This document shows, in pieces, positions 19,289-27,952 of a stretch of 58,690 bases of DNA (positions are counted from its first letter, which is position 1; every line of letters begins with the position of its first letter). The stretch comes from Phycisphaerales bacterium (GTDB lineage Bacteria; Planctomycetota; Phycisphaerae; Phycisphaerales; SM1A02): assembly GCA_009692015.1 (NCBI GenBank), contig SIAB01000001.1:1-58690 (forward strand), read 5' to 3'. The position numbers were made by a program, and so were the translations under genes. Below the pieces are notes generated by a model. It made no database searches. It saw nothing but the letters and a program-made list of their open reading frames with translations, and had not been told where the DNA came from.

Positions 19289-20113
19289 CTATCCGCCGAT
19301 GCCAGCCATGCGAATGGAGAGCATCACGCAGAGTATCGCGAAGGCAACTGCGAGCTGCTTCTGCGGAAGTCTGTGGACGAGTGATGCGCCGAACATCGCG
19401 CCGAAGAATGCGCCGGGTGCGAGTGCGGCGGCGAGCCAGAGGGCTTGGGTCATCGTGAGCGGATCGCCCGCGGGGGAGTGCACCAGCGAGAGCGTCGAAT
19501 ACTTCATGAGGGCTCCGGCAACCACGGTCGGTAGAATCAGGAACGCGCTGGTGGCGATGGTGACCCGCAGCGAGAATCCGTTGACCACGCGCATCAGAGG
19601 AACTGCGATGACGCCGCCGCCAACGCCGAGCATCCCGGCGAGAGAACCCATGAGACTTCCCACGATTGCTGCCGGTTTCCAACCGGTGTGTTCGAGGGGA
19701 GTGACGGTCGATTTTCCCGGGGGGCCCTCCTCTTTGTTCGCTCGCATGCGTTGCAACAGCTCTGCTGCAGCGACGTAGAGCAAGAACGCGGCGAAGATCC
19801 GCTCGAGCAATTGTGGATCGGTGATGCTGTTCGAAATCCACACGCCGATCGCCACGGCGACGAGCGAGATCGGAATCGTTTTCCAGGCGAAGTGCCAGCG
19901 AATCGCGCGCGCGCGGATGTGTCTGGGAATACTGCCGAGGCTGACGGCGATTGCGGCCACCAAACTCGCCGCCTGATAGAGGTGAGGGTTGCTGCCTTGC
20001 GCCATCGTCAAGAGCGGAATGATGATGATCCCGCCGCCAATTCCAAAGAGTCCACCGAGCAATCCGCCCGCCGCGCCGATGAGAATCGAAATAATGAGTG
20101 TCTCGGTATCCAC
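19289..20113 (-). CDS. TauE/SafE-family sulfite exporter-like membrane protein
   Basis: Two Gly-rich repeats typical of TauE (GGLLGGLFGIGGGIIIIPLL and GSLAGMLGVGGGVIAVPLM). I chose the GTG at 20113 so that the ORF does not overlap divergent comM; the ORF is open up to 20209. Confidence 0.75.
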   Translation of the reverse strand: MDTETLIISILIGAAGGLLGGLFGIGGGIIIIPLLTMAQGSNPHLYQAASLVAAIAVSLGSIPRHIRARAIRWHFAWKTIPISLVAVAIGVWISNSITDPQLLERIFAAFLLYVAAAELLQRMRANKEEGPPGKSTVTPLEHTGWKPAAIVGSLMGSLAGMLGVGGGVIAVPLMRVVNGFSLRVTIATSAFLILPTVVAGALMKYSTLSLVHSPAGDPLTMTQALWLAAALAPGAFFGAMFGASLVHRLPQKQLAVAFAILCVMLSIRMAGIGG

Positions 20114-20187
20114 GGGTGGCTCGAGGACGATAGAGAAAAAGGGACGGGTTTGTCGGAGGGACTGCGGCGTGGGTGTAGGTTCGATCG

Positions 20188-21783
20188 ATGCACGCCTGCG
20201 TTCATGCATTCATGCTCCGCGGGATCGACGCACTCGCCTGCGAGGTCGAGGTTCATCTTTCCGAGCATGGATTGCCGCAGATTTGTGTGGTGGGACTGCC
20301 CGATGCGGCCATTCGCGAATCGGTCGAGCGGGTGCGGCGTGCGATCGAAGCATCGGGTTTCGAACTGCCTCGCCATCATGTGGTCGTGAATCTTGCTCCA
20401 GCTGGAACGCGCAAGGAGGGCCCGGTCTACGACCTGCCGATTGCCATGGGACTCCTCTTCGCCGGGGGAACGGCGGATCCCAAGCGCGTCGAGGCGCCGG
20501 CGCAGGCCGATTGGTTGATTGCCGGCGAGCTGGCACTCGATGGACGGCTGCGCCCGATTCGCGGCGCGGTGAGTGCTGCGCTGCTGGCGCGCGCCCATGG
20601 TCGCGGAGTGATTGTCCCGGTGGAAAATGCCCTCGAGGCCTCGCTTGTTCCGGGTGTTCGGGTGATCGGCGCACGAACCCTGACAGAAGTTGTGGCTTTC
20701 TTTCGCGGTGAGGGCGAGCCTGGCAGGGCTGGAGAGGCCGTCGAAGTTTTCGAGGATGTCGTCACTCAGCGCGATGCCGCGCGCGATGCCGATCGCGACT
20801 GGTCAGACGCTCCGGCTGTGGGTCTCTCCCCAGTCGATTTCCGGGACATCAAAGGACAGGCCGTCGCCAAGCGCGCCATGTTGATTGCCGCCGCGGGTGG
20901 TCACAATGCGCTCCTCCTTGGACCGGCAGGATGCGGGAAGACCATGCTGGTTCGTGCCTTGGCCGGAATTCTTCCGCCGCTTCAAGCCGAAGAAGCACTT
21001 GAGGTACTACGGATCGGATCCTGTGCCGGTGTCGAGTGCCGCACGATCCCACTGCGGGGCAAGCTCGATCTGCCCCGTCCGATCCGTGCCCCGCACCATG
21101 GCGCCAGCGCGACGGCAATCGTTGGCGGTGGACCGAGCGGCCGCCCCGGTGAGATCACGCTCGCACATCATGGCGTTCTCTTTCTTGATGAGCTGCCAGA
21201 GTTTCGCCGCGATGTTCTCGAAGCACTGCGCGAGCCGCTCGAAGGCGGCGAAGTTTCGATCGCCCGAGCCAGTGGATCGATCCGCTGGCCGGCGATGGCG
21301 ATGCTGGTCGCGGCGATGAATCCAACTGCGCGCGGAGATCGCGATTCAGGCGCGCGCGGGGCACGGGCCATGGCCGATTATCTCGGTCGGGTCTCGGGAC
21401 CGATTCTGGATCGCATCGACTTGCATGTTGAGGTGCGCCGGGTGAGTGCGCGCGATCTCGCTCGGCTCAAGCCCAGCGGTGAGAGTGCCGCGATGCGCGA
21501 TCAAGTGATCGCAGCCCGCGGTCGCGCGCTGTGCAGGCAGGGGAGTACCCCCAATGCGCGCCTCGCCACCAGTGTCTTGGATCGCCACTGCAAACTCGAT
21601 GGCGCGGGTGGTGAACTCTTGACGAGCGGGCTCGACGATCTTGGGTTGAGTGCCCGCGCCTATGACAAGATTCGCCGCGTGGCGCGCACCATTGCGGATC
21701 TCGCGGGGGAGAGCGACATCAATGCCAGTTCCGTCGCCGAGGCGATCCAGTATCGAACACTGGGAGGCCGAACGGGCGGGTGA
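20188..21783 (+). CDS. comM: Mg-chelatase-like AAA+ ATPase YifB/ComM
   Basis: The N-terminal Lon-protease-like domain (LRGIDALACEVEVHL...VVGLPDAAIRESVERV) aligns with ComM from residue 1. Walker A is GPAGCGKTMLV. Confidence 0.93.
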   Translation: MHACVHAFMLRGIDALACEVEVHLSEHGLPQICVVGLPDAAIRESVERVRRAIEASGFELPRHHVVVNLAPAGTRKEGPVYDLPIAMGLLFAGGTADPKRVEAPAQADWLIAGELALDGRLRPIRGAVSAALLARAHGRGVIVPVENALEASLVPGVRVIGARTLTEVVAFFRGEGEPGRAGEAVEVFEDVVTQRDAARDADRDWSDAPAVGLSPVDFRDIKGQAVAKRAMLIAAAGGHNALLLGPAGCGKTMLVRALAGILPPLQAEEALEVLRIGSCAGVECRTIPLRGKLDLPRPIRAPHHGASATAIVGGGPSGRPGEITLAHHGVLFLDELPEFRRDVLEALREPLEGGEVSIARASGSIRWPAMAMLVAAMNPTARGDRDSGARGARAMADYLGRVSGPILDRIDLHVEVRRVSARDLARLKPSGESAAMRDQVIAARGRALCRQGSTPNARLATSVLDRHCKLDGAGGELLTSGLDDLGLSARAYDKIRRVARTIADLAGESDINASSVAEAIQYRTLGGRTGG

Positions 21784-21794
21784 GCCGCGCGGGA

Positions 21795-24700
21795 TTATTC
21801 GAGCCCGGGGGCGAAGCCGCGGCGCATGGTGTTCTCGCACACGCTGCGCGGCTCCACAAACTGCAAGAGATACTGCGCGCCACCGGCCTTGCTGCCAACG
21901 CCGCTCATGCCAAATCCGCCGAAGGGTTGGCGTCCGACCAGCGCGCCGGTGATGGCTCGGTTGAGATAGAGATTGCCGACGCGATAATCGCGCCTGGCCT
22001 TCGCGAGATTTGACGGCCGGCGACTGAAGACTCCGCCAGTCAACTTGTACTGCGTGGCATTGGCAACCCGCAAAGCTTCATCAAAGTCCTTGACATGAAT
22101 CACGGCAAGCACGGGGCCGAAAATTTCCTCGTTGGCGAGCCGGTGCTCAGGCCGAATGCCAGAAATGATTGTTGGACCGACGAATGGCTTGCCGACGCGG
22201 GCTTCAAGTCCCGGCGGCACGGGGAGAGAGATCTCGACTTTGCCTTCAGTCGCGCCGAGGGCGATGTACTGCCGAATCTTGTGCGCCGCATCGCTGTCGA
22301 TGACCGGTCCGATGTCAGTGCCCGCAAGCATGGGATCACCCAGGGTGAGCGTGCGGGTCGCTTCGACAAGTCGGTGGACAAAGGCATCGTGCCCGCTGCC
22401 CACCACGATGACGCGGCTGCAGGCCGAGCACTTCTGCCCAGAGAATCCAAAGGCGGATTGACGCACCCCAAGAACAGCCTCATCAAGATCCGCGCTCTCG
22501 TCGACGATGATCGCATTCTTGCCACCCATTTCGCAGACGACGCGCTTGACGAAGTCTTGATGTGCCGGCGTGCAACCCGCCGCGGCGATGATGTCCAGTC
22601 CAACGCCCTTCGAACCCGTGAAGGCGATGAGCGCAACGCGTGGGTCGCGAACCAGCGCCGCGCCAACGATCTCCCCGAGTCCCGGCAGGAAGGCAAGTGC
22701 GTCGCGTGGCGCTCCTGCGGCCCACAGTATCTCGCACATCACCTTGGCGATCGCCGGGGTCTGCTCGGCGGGCTTGACGATGACGGTGTTGCCCGTGACC
22801 AGCGCAGCAACAGTCATCCCGCAGCAGATCGCGAGAGGGAAATTCCAGGGACTGATCACCGCCACCACACCGCGCGGTTGAAACCACTCTTCGTTCAATT
22901 CGCCGGTGAAGTTGCCAAGCCGCCGTGGATCGAAGAGCTGCGCAGACTCGCGGGCGTAGTAGGCGCAGAAGTCGATCGCTTCGCAGACATCGCCATCGGC
23001 CTCGCGCCAGGTCTTGCCCGCTTCGCGAATGATGATCCCGCAGAGTTCGTCGCGCCGCGCACGCATGGCATCCGCCGCGCGAATGAGCACCGCCGATCGT
23101 TCCAGAAATGGTCGATCACGCCAGAGTGGGAATGCCGCGTGAAGTCGCTCGACCGTCGCGGCGGCTTGCGCCGCAGTCGAATCGTTGGCAACAGAGGCAA
23201 CCGACGCACCGGCAATGGCGCGGGCGAATGCCTCACGCTGCATTCCATCTGAAAAATCCCGCATCGGCTCGGAGAAAAATGGGCGGCCGTCGGCAATGTC
23301 TGGATGGCTCCGTCCAAGTGCATGGCGCTCTGGAGCATGCGTCAATCGCTTCGATCCATCGTCGAGCCCCGAACCTGCGCCAATCGCCCGGTGTGGGCTG
23401 GCAACGAGCAGCTCAGCATCGGCTCCATCCGAGAAGCCGCTGCGCAGCCAACTCTCGTTGCTGGTGTTTTCGAGGAGTCGTCGCACGAGATAGGCCATCC
23501 CGGGAATCATCTCGCCCACCGGCAGATACTCGCGCAAGCGCATGCCGCGGGCGATGACAGCAGACTTGAGCGCATCGCCCATTCCGTGCAACATCTGCAG
23601 TTCGAGCGCCTCTGGTGGAAGCCCAGCTCGCTCAACCATGGCCATCGCCGCACCAATTGATCGGGCGTTGTGCGATCCCAGCGCGAGTTTCACGCCACCC
23701 ACCCCACAGCGCTGTGGCGTCGACTGGATGAACAGCTGCGCCATGCGCTCGAAGCAGGCATCTGTATCGCGCTTGGCTCCCCAGACTGGGCAGGGCCATC
23801 CCACCTGTTCTGCGTGAATTGTCTCGGAATCCCAGTAGGCACCCTTCACGAGTCGCACGGTCACCACGCGACCAGTGCGCTTGGTCCAATCGATGATCCG
23901 CTTCGCATCCTGCTCGCCACTGCGCAGGTAGGCCTGCATCGCCACTCCCGCAGAAAACGGCACCCGTTCGCAGCACTGCATGAAGAGTTCGAGCGTGAGG
24001 TCTTTGAAGGCGTGATGCTCCATATCAAAATTCACGAACACGCCGTGCCTGTGGGCGCGTTCCAAGATCGGAGTGAGCGCCTCGCGCAATCCCGTCAGCG
24101 ATCCAGCGAAGTCGATGGGGTCTGTTCGGGCAAAGAGCGATGAAATCTTGATCGAGACATTGGTGCGCGGGATCGGTCCAAGGTGATCGCTCTCAAGACG
24201 GGGGTTGGCTGACCAGGTCGCAACCGCCGCGGGGAGATTGCTGATGAGATCGAGGTACTTGGCGCGGTATCCCGCGGCTTCTTCATCGCTCAAACACGCC
24301 TCGCCCAGCAAGTCGACGCTGAAGGCCATGCCGTCGGTCCAGAGTTTTGCCAGCGTCGGCAGCGCACTCTTGGCGTCGCGACCGGCGATGAAGTTGCTGG
24401 CCATCGATTCGATCTGGCTCGCCATCGTCTTGGCGACCAGACCCTTGGCCAGACCTCCAGCCTTGAGACCCATGTCGAGTCCCGGCGGGAGTTTCAGCCC
24501 AGGCTTTGACATGAAGTCAACCAGGTGTTCGTAAATCGCATCGGTCGTCCGCAGCGCTGGGAAGCAGTCGACGAAGTGAAAGAGCTGCACCTTGAAGTCG
24601 GGATCCTTCATCGACCAGGCCATCAACTTGTCTGACCAGAATGCTGCGCTCATGATCGAAGCGCGGTCGCTTCGCGCAGCGGACAAGATCTCAAGCGCGT

Positions 24701-24845
24701 GATGCTTCGCGGCGGTTTCGAGTTGGGCATCCCCGCCGACAGCCGTCGCCGGCGAGTCGACCAAGACCGCTGGAGCGCTGCTGGTTGGCCCGACCGCAGC
24801 CTGTGACTTCTTGGCCGCCGCCTTTGATCGCGTGAAGAGTCCCAT
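21795..24845 (-). CDS. putA: Bifunctional proline dehydrogenase / L-glutamate gamma-semialdehyde dehydrogenase PutA
   Basis: The N-terminal proline dehydrogenase barrel is followed by an aldehyde dehydrogenase domain (FTGSKGVG, CEMGGKN, GQKCSACSR). ATG at 24845 (MGLFTRSK...). Confidence 0.93.
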   Translation of the reverse strand: MGLFTRSKAAAKKSQAAVGPTSSAPAVLVDSPATAVGGDAQLETAAKHHALEILSAARSDRASIMSAAFWSDKLMAWSMKDPDFKVQLFHFVDCFPALRTTDAIYEHLVDFMSKPGLKLPPGLDMGLKAGGLAKGLVAKTMASQIESMASNFIAGRDAKSALPTLAKLWTDGMAFSVDLLGEACLSDEEAAGYRAKYLDLISNLPAAVATWSANPRLESDHLGPIPRTNVSIKISSLFARTDPIDFAGSLTGLREALTPILERAHRHGVFVNFDMEHHAFKDLTLELFMQCCERVPFSAGVAMQAYLRSGEQDAKRIIDWTKRTGRVVTVRLVKGAYWDSETIHAEQVGWPCPVWGAKRDTDACFERMAQLFIQSTPQRCGVGGVKLALGSHNARSIGAAMAMVERAGLPPEALELQMLHGMGDALKSAVIARGMRLREYLPVGEMIPGMAYLVRRLLENTSNESWLRSGFSDGADAELLVASPHRAIGAGSGLDDGSKRLTHAPERHALGRSHPDIADGRPFFSEPMRDFSDGMQREAFARAIAGASVASVANDSTAAQAAATVERLHAAFPLWRDRPFLERSAVLIRAADAMRARRDELCGIIIREAGKTWREADGDVCEAIDFCAYYARESAQLFDPRRLGNFTGELNEEWFQPRGVVAVISPWNFPLAICCGMTVAALVTGNTVIVKPAEQTPAIAKVMCEILWAAGAPRDALAFLPGLGEIVGAALVRDPRVALIAFTGSKGVGLDIIAAAGCTPAHQDFVKRVVCEMGGKNAIIVDESADLDEAVLGVRQSAFGFSGQKCSACSRVIVVGSGHDAFVHRLVEATRTLTLGDPMLAGTDIGPVIDSDAAHKIRQYIALGATEGKVEISLPVPPGLEARVGKPFVGPTIISGIRPEHRLANEEIFGPVLAVIHVKDFDEALRVANATQYKLTGGVFSRRPSNLAKARRDYRVGNLYLNRAITGALVGRQPFGGFGMSGVGSKAGGAQYLLQFVEPRSVCENTMRRGFAPGLE

Positions 24846-24906
24846 CGTGTTGGCGAGTATAGGAATGCGACGAAACTGCGACGGCGGGTGATCGCGGGTG
24901 ATCGCG

Positions 24907-26463
24907 CTAGCGTTTCGCGCGCGGGGTCGCGGGGCGACCAACGACGGCGATCGCCTTGCGGTAACTCTCAAGACATCGCTTGGCGGCACCGTCCCAGGTG
25001 ATTCCGCGAACCTCAAAGAGTCCCCGGTCGCGCAGCTCTGCCCGCAGCGGCGGGTGCCTGAGGACCGCGACGATCTTGTTGGCAATCTCGTCAACATCCC
25101 AGAAATTCACCTTGAGCGCGTGGGTGAGCACTTCCGAAACACCCGAGTTGCGGCTGATGATCACCGGCACGCGGTGTCCCATCGCTTCGAGCGGGGCGAT
25201 CCCAAAGGGTTCAGAGACGCTTGGCATCACATACAGATCAGCCAGCGAGAAGACCCGCGCGATGTCCTTTCCGCGCAGGAACCCGGTGAAGGTCATGTGA
25301 CGACCGATCCCCATCGCGGCGGCCATCTCGATCATCGAGGTCGCCTGATCCCCCGATCCAGCAACGACGAAGCGCACATTTTTCTCGACTTCAAGCACGC
25401 GCTTGGCTGCTCGGACAAAATACTCGGGACCCTTCTGCATGGTGATCCGCCCGAAGTAAAGCACGATTCGTTCGGATCGCTCGATGCGCTTGATTCCGTA
25501 GGCGGAGGGCTCGAGATCGACCCCGTTGTAAACCACATCAATCTTTTCAGGCGAGACCCCATAGCGATTGACCAGCAGATTGCGGGTGAGCATGCTGACG
25601 GCCAGCACGCGCACCGCGGCGTGCATTCCGCGCCGCTCGATGTTGTAGACCGCCTGGTTGACATGATCACCGGAGCGATCAAACTCTGTGGCGTGCACAT
25701 GAACAACCAACGGTCGTCCAGTCAGTCGTGCCAGGGCGATGCCCGCGGGATAGGTGAGCCAATCATGGGCGTGAATGATGTCGAAGGGCAACTTCTGTGC
25801 AGCCCGCACACAGAAATGGGCATACCGCTCGGAGGCAAGAATGAGATCGCCGTCGTATCCACCAATGGCTTCGGGGACGTCTGGCGCGTCATGGGCTCGC
25901 AACCCAGCCTCTGGAAGCGCGCGGCGAATCGCCAAATCTTCGTCAGAGATCACCGGAGGGTCGAGTCGCGCGAACGACTCGACGAGGCGTTCAATCTGCT
26001 CCTCGGAGAGATGTTCAATGTCAGGACCCATCGCAACGAGTGCCTCGCGCGCAGAACTGGTGAGCCAACTACGCGCGTTCCCCGAGGCGTAGGCGCTCTC
26101 CTGCGTCGCGGCGAGGTCGAGGATCTTGATTCGTTGTGGGGTGCCGCGGGCAAGAGAGCTGCGGCGCACGGTTTCCAAGGCCGACGATGTTGACTGTTCC
26201 AGTTCCTGCGGCGAGACCACGGATTCGGTGATCGTCCCCTCTGGAGGCGCAACCCAGGTCGATGCCTCGACGGCTGCGCTCGCGGGCGAGAGCAATCGCA
26301 CATGCGATGCGTGCGATTGGTCAATCGCTCGCGGGAGTGCGAAGGTGATATCGCAACCGGCGCTGGTGAGCCCGCGCGTCAGGCCATGGCAGGCGGTCCC
26401 GAGCCCGCCGGTGATGAATGGGGGAAACTCCCATCCAAGCATGAGCACCCTAGGGGCAGACAT
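24907..26463 (-). CDS. Glycogen/starch-synthase-like glycosyltransferase (GT4/GT5 type) with a large N-domain insertion
   Basis: MLGWEFPPFITGGLGTACHGL resembles the Glyco_transf_5-type N-terminus. The C-terminal GT1 domain shows FGRITMQKGPEYF...PSVSEPFGIAPLEAM (E-x7-E). The ATG at 26463 overlaps the upstream stop (TGATG). Confidence 0.8.
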   Translation of the reverse strand: MSAPRVLMLGWEFPPFITGGLGTACHGLTRGLTSAGCDITFALPRAIDQSHASHVRLLSPASAAVEASTWVAPPEGTITESVVSPQELEQSTSSALETVRRSSLARGTPQRIKILDLAATQESAYASGNARSWLTSSAREALVAMGPDIEHLSEEQIERLVESFARLDPPVISDEDLAIRRALPEAGLRAHDAPDVPEAIGGYDGDLILASERYAHFCVRAAQKLPFDIIHAHDWLTYPAGIALARLTGRPLVVHVHATEFDRSGDHVNQAVYNIERRGMHAAVRVLAVSMLTRNLLVNRYGVSPEKIDVVYNGVDLEPSAYGIKRIERSERIVLYFGRITMQKGPEYFVRAAKRVLEVEKNVRFVVAGSGDQATSMIEMAAAMGIGRHMTFTGFLRGKDIARVFSLADLYVMPSVSEPFGIAPLEAMGHRVPVIISRNSGVSEVLTHALKVNFWDVDEIANKIVAVLRHPPLRAELRDRGLFEVRGITWDGAAKRCLESYRKAIAVVGRPATPRAKR

Positions 26464-26897
26464 CAATGCCCCCCCGACTCCGACATATCCCCGAGCTGCC
26501 GAAACATCGACTCGAATGCCAAGAAGTAGGTGCGCGCGCGCGCCGAATCTGCAAATGTGCATTCAAACACGAAGCGCTTGGCTTCGTTTCGAAAGTGGCG
26601 CATCTTTGGGGCGGGATCGTTGCAGTCCAAGTCCTTGAGTTCTTCCTCGAGCAACTCTTCGAGTGACTCGCGCGACTCAACCAATTGCGACTCGATCGAC
26701 TCACTCAACCAACGGTCGGCCGTTGAGAGTGAGATGCGCCATCCCGTCTCGAGGGCTTCGAGCGCATACTCAGCCTCGGCACCCTTCGCCTGGCAGACCA
26801 GTCGAGCGCCGTCGACGCGAAGGCTGGCAAAGGCACCGGTGCACTGGCGATCAGCTCGTAGTGATTCAAGGATTCGTGTTGTGTCTGCTTGGATCAT
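26463..26897 (-). CDS. Hypothetical acidic protein, translationally coupled to the glycosyltransferase
   Basis: About 144 aa from the ATG at 26897; the ORF is open to 26963, but that start would overlap prmC. I recognise no motif. An acidic stretch SRESLEELLEEELKDLD is present. Confidence 0.45.
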   Translation of the reverse strand: MIQADTTRILESLRADRQCTGAFASLRVDGARLVCQAKGAEAEYALEALETGWRISLSTADRWLSESIESQLVESRESLEELLEEELKDLDCNDPAPKMRHFRNEAKRFVFECTFADSARARTYFLAFESMFRQLGDMSESGGH

Positions 26898-26947
26898 TCT
26901 GGTGTTCTGGCGGGAGGAGGATCGTACTGGCATCTCGTTACGATTGA

Positions 26948-27952
26948 GTGATGGCAGAAACATGGTCGGTCCGCCGACTTCGAGAGTGGATCAAGGAGTA
27001 TCTGACGAGCCACGAAGTTGACTCACCTGGGGTGTGTGCAGACTTGTTGCTAGCCCATGTGCTCTGCTGCGATCGAATGCGTTTGTATATGGATGTCGAT
27101 CGAATCGCCGAGTCAGCGGAACTGGAACTGCTCCGATCGCTTGTGAAACGGGCTGGTCGACACGAGCCGGTGCAGTACCTGGTGGGACGATGGAGCTTCT
27201 TTGGGTTCGAATTGGAGGTTGGATCGTCGACCCTGATTCCGCGACCCTCGACTGAATCGTTGGTGTCGCTGGCAATCGAGCGGCTGCGAGCGGTGAACGA
27301 TGCCAACGCGGGGCCACTGCGAATCGCCGACCTGTGCACCGGTTCTGGTTGCATCGCCATTGCGATCGCGCGATCGCTGATGCTCTCCCAAGGAGGTCGC
27401 CGCCAACTTGCCTGGCAGCGCGGATCGGCTGGAGAGTCGGGTGAACTTCTGCCAGCGCCGGACGAATCGGCAGTCGAGCGCGGCCGCGTTTGCGAGGTGT
27501 ACGCCACGGAAAGTTCGGCGCCGGCTGCTGCACTCGCCCAGCGAAATGTCGACGCCCACAAGCTCGGTGCCGTGATCACGATCGAGGTTGGCGATCTCGA
27601 TCGCCCATTCGTCGGTCGCGGATTTGAAAACTCATTCGACCTCATTGTGTCGAACCCGCCCTACATCAGCGATGTTGAGTGGGCCGAGGTGCCGCGAAAT
27701 GTGCGCGAATTCGAGCCAGAGTCGGCCCTGCGCGGGGGGATCGACGGACTCGATATGGTCCGCAGAGTTCTCTCCTGCGCGCCCATCTGGCTCAAACCGC
27801 GCGGGACGGTCCTGGTCGAAATCAGTTCGAGCCAGGGAGCCGCCGCCGCGGCCATCGCGGCAAGCCATGGACTCACTGAGATTGAAATTCGCCCGGACCT
27901 CGAGGGGCATCCCCGCGTGCTTGCTGCGCGCACCGATGCCGACACGGACTGA
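26948..27952 (+). CDS. prmC: Peptide chain release factor N5-glutamine methyltransferase PrmC/HemK
   Basis: HEPVQYLVGRWSFFGFELEV, LIPRPSTE, DLCTGSGCIAIA and the catalytic VSNPPYI motif. Confidence 0.9.
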   Translation: MMAETWSVRRLREWIKEYLTSHEVDSPGVCADLLLAHVLCCDRMRLYMDVDRIAESAELELLRSLVKRAGRHEPVQYLVGRWSFFGFELEVGSSTLIPRPSTESLVSLAIERLRAVNDANAGPLRIADLCTGSGCIAIAIARSLMLSQGGRRQLAWQRGSAGESGELLPAPDESAVERGRVCEVYATESSAPAAALAQRNVDAHKLGAVITIEVGDLDRPFVGRGFENSFDLIVSNPPYISDVEWAEVPRNVREFEPESALRGGIDGLDMVRRVLSCAPIWLKPRGTVLVEISSSQGAAAAAIAASHGLTEIEIRPDLEGHPRVLAARTDADTD

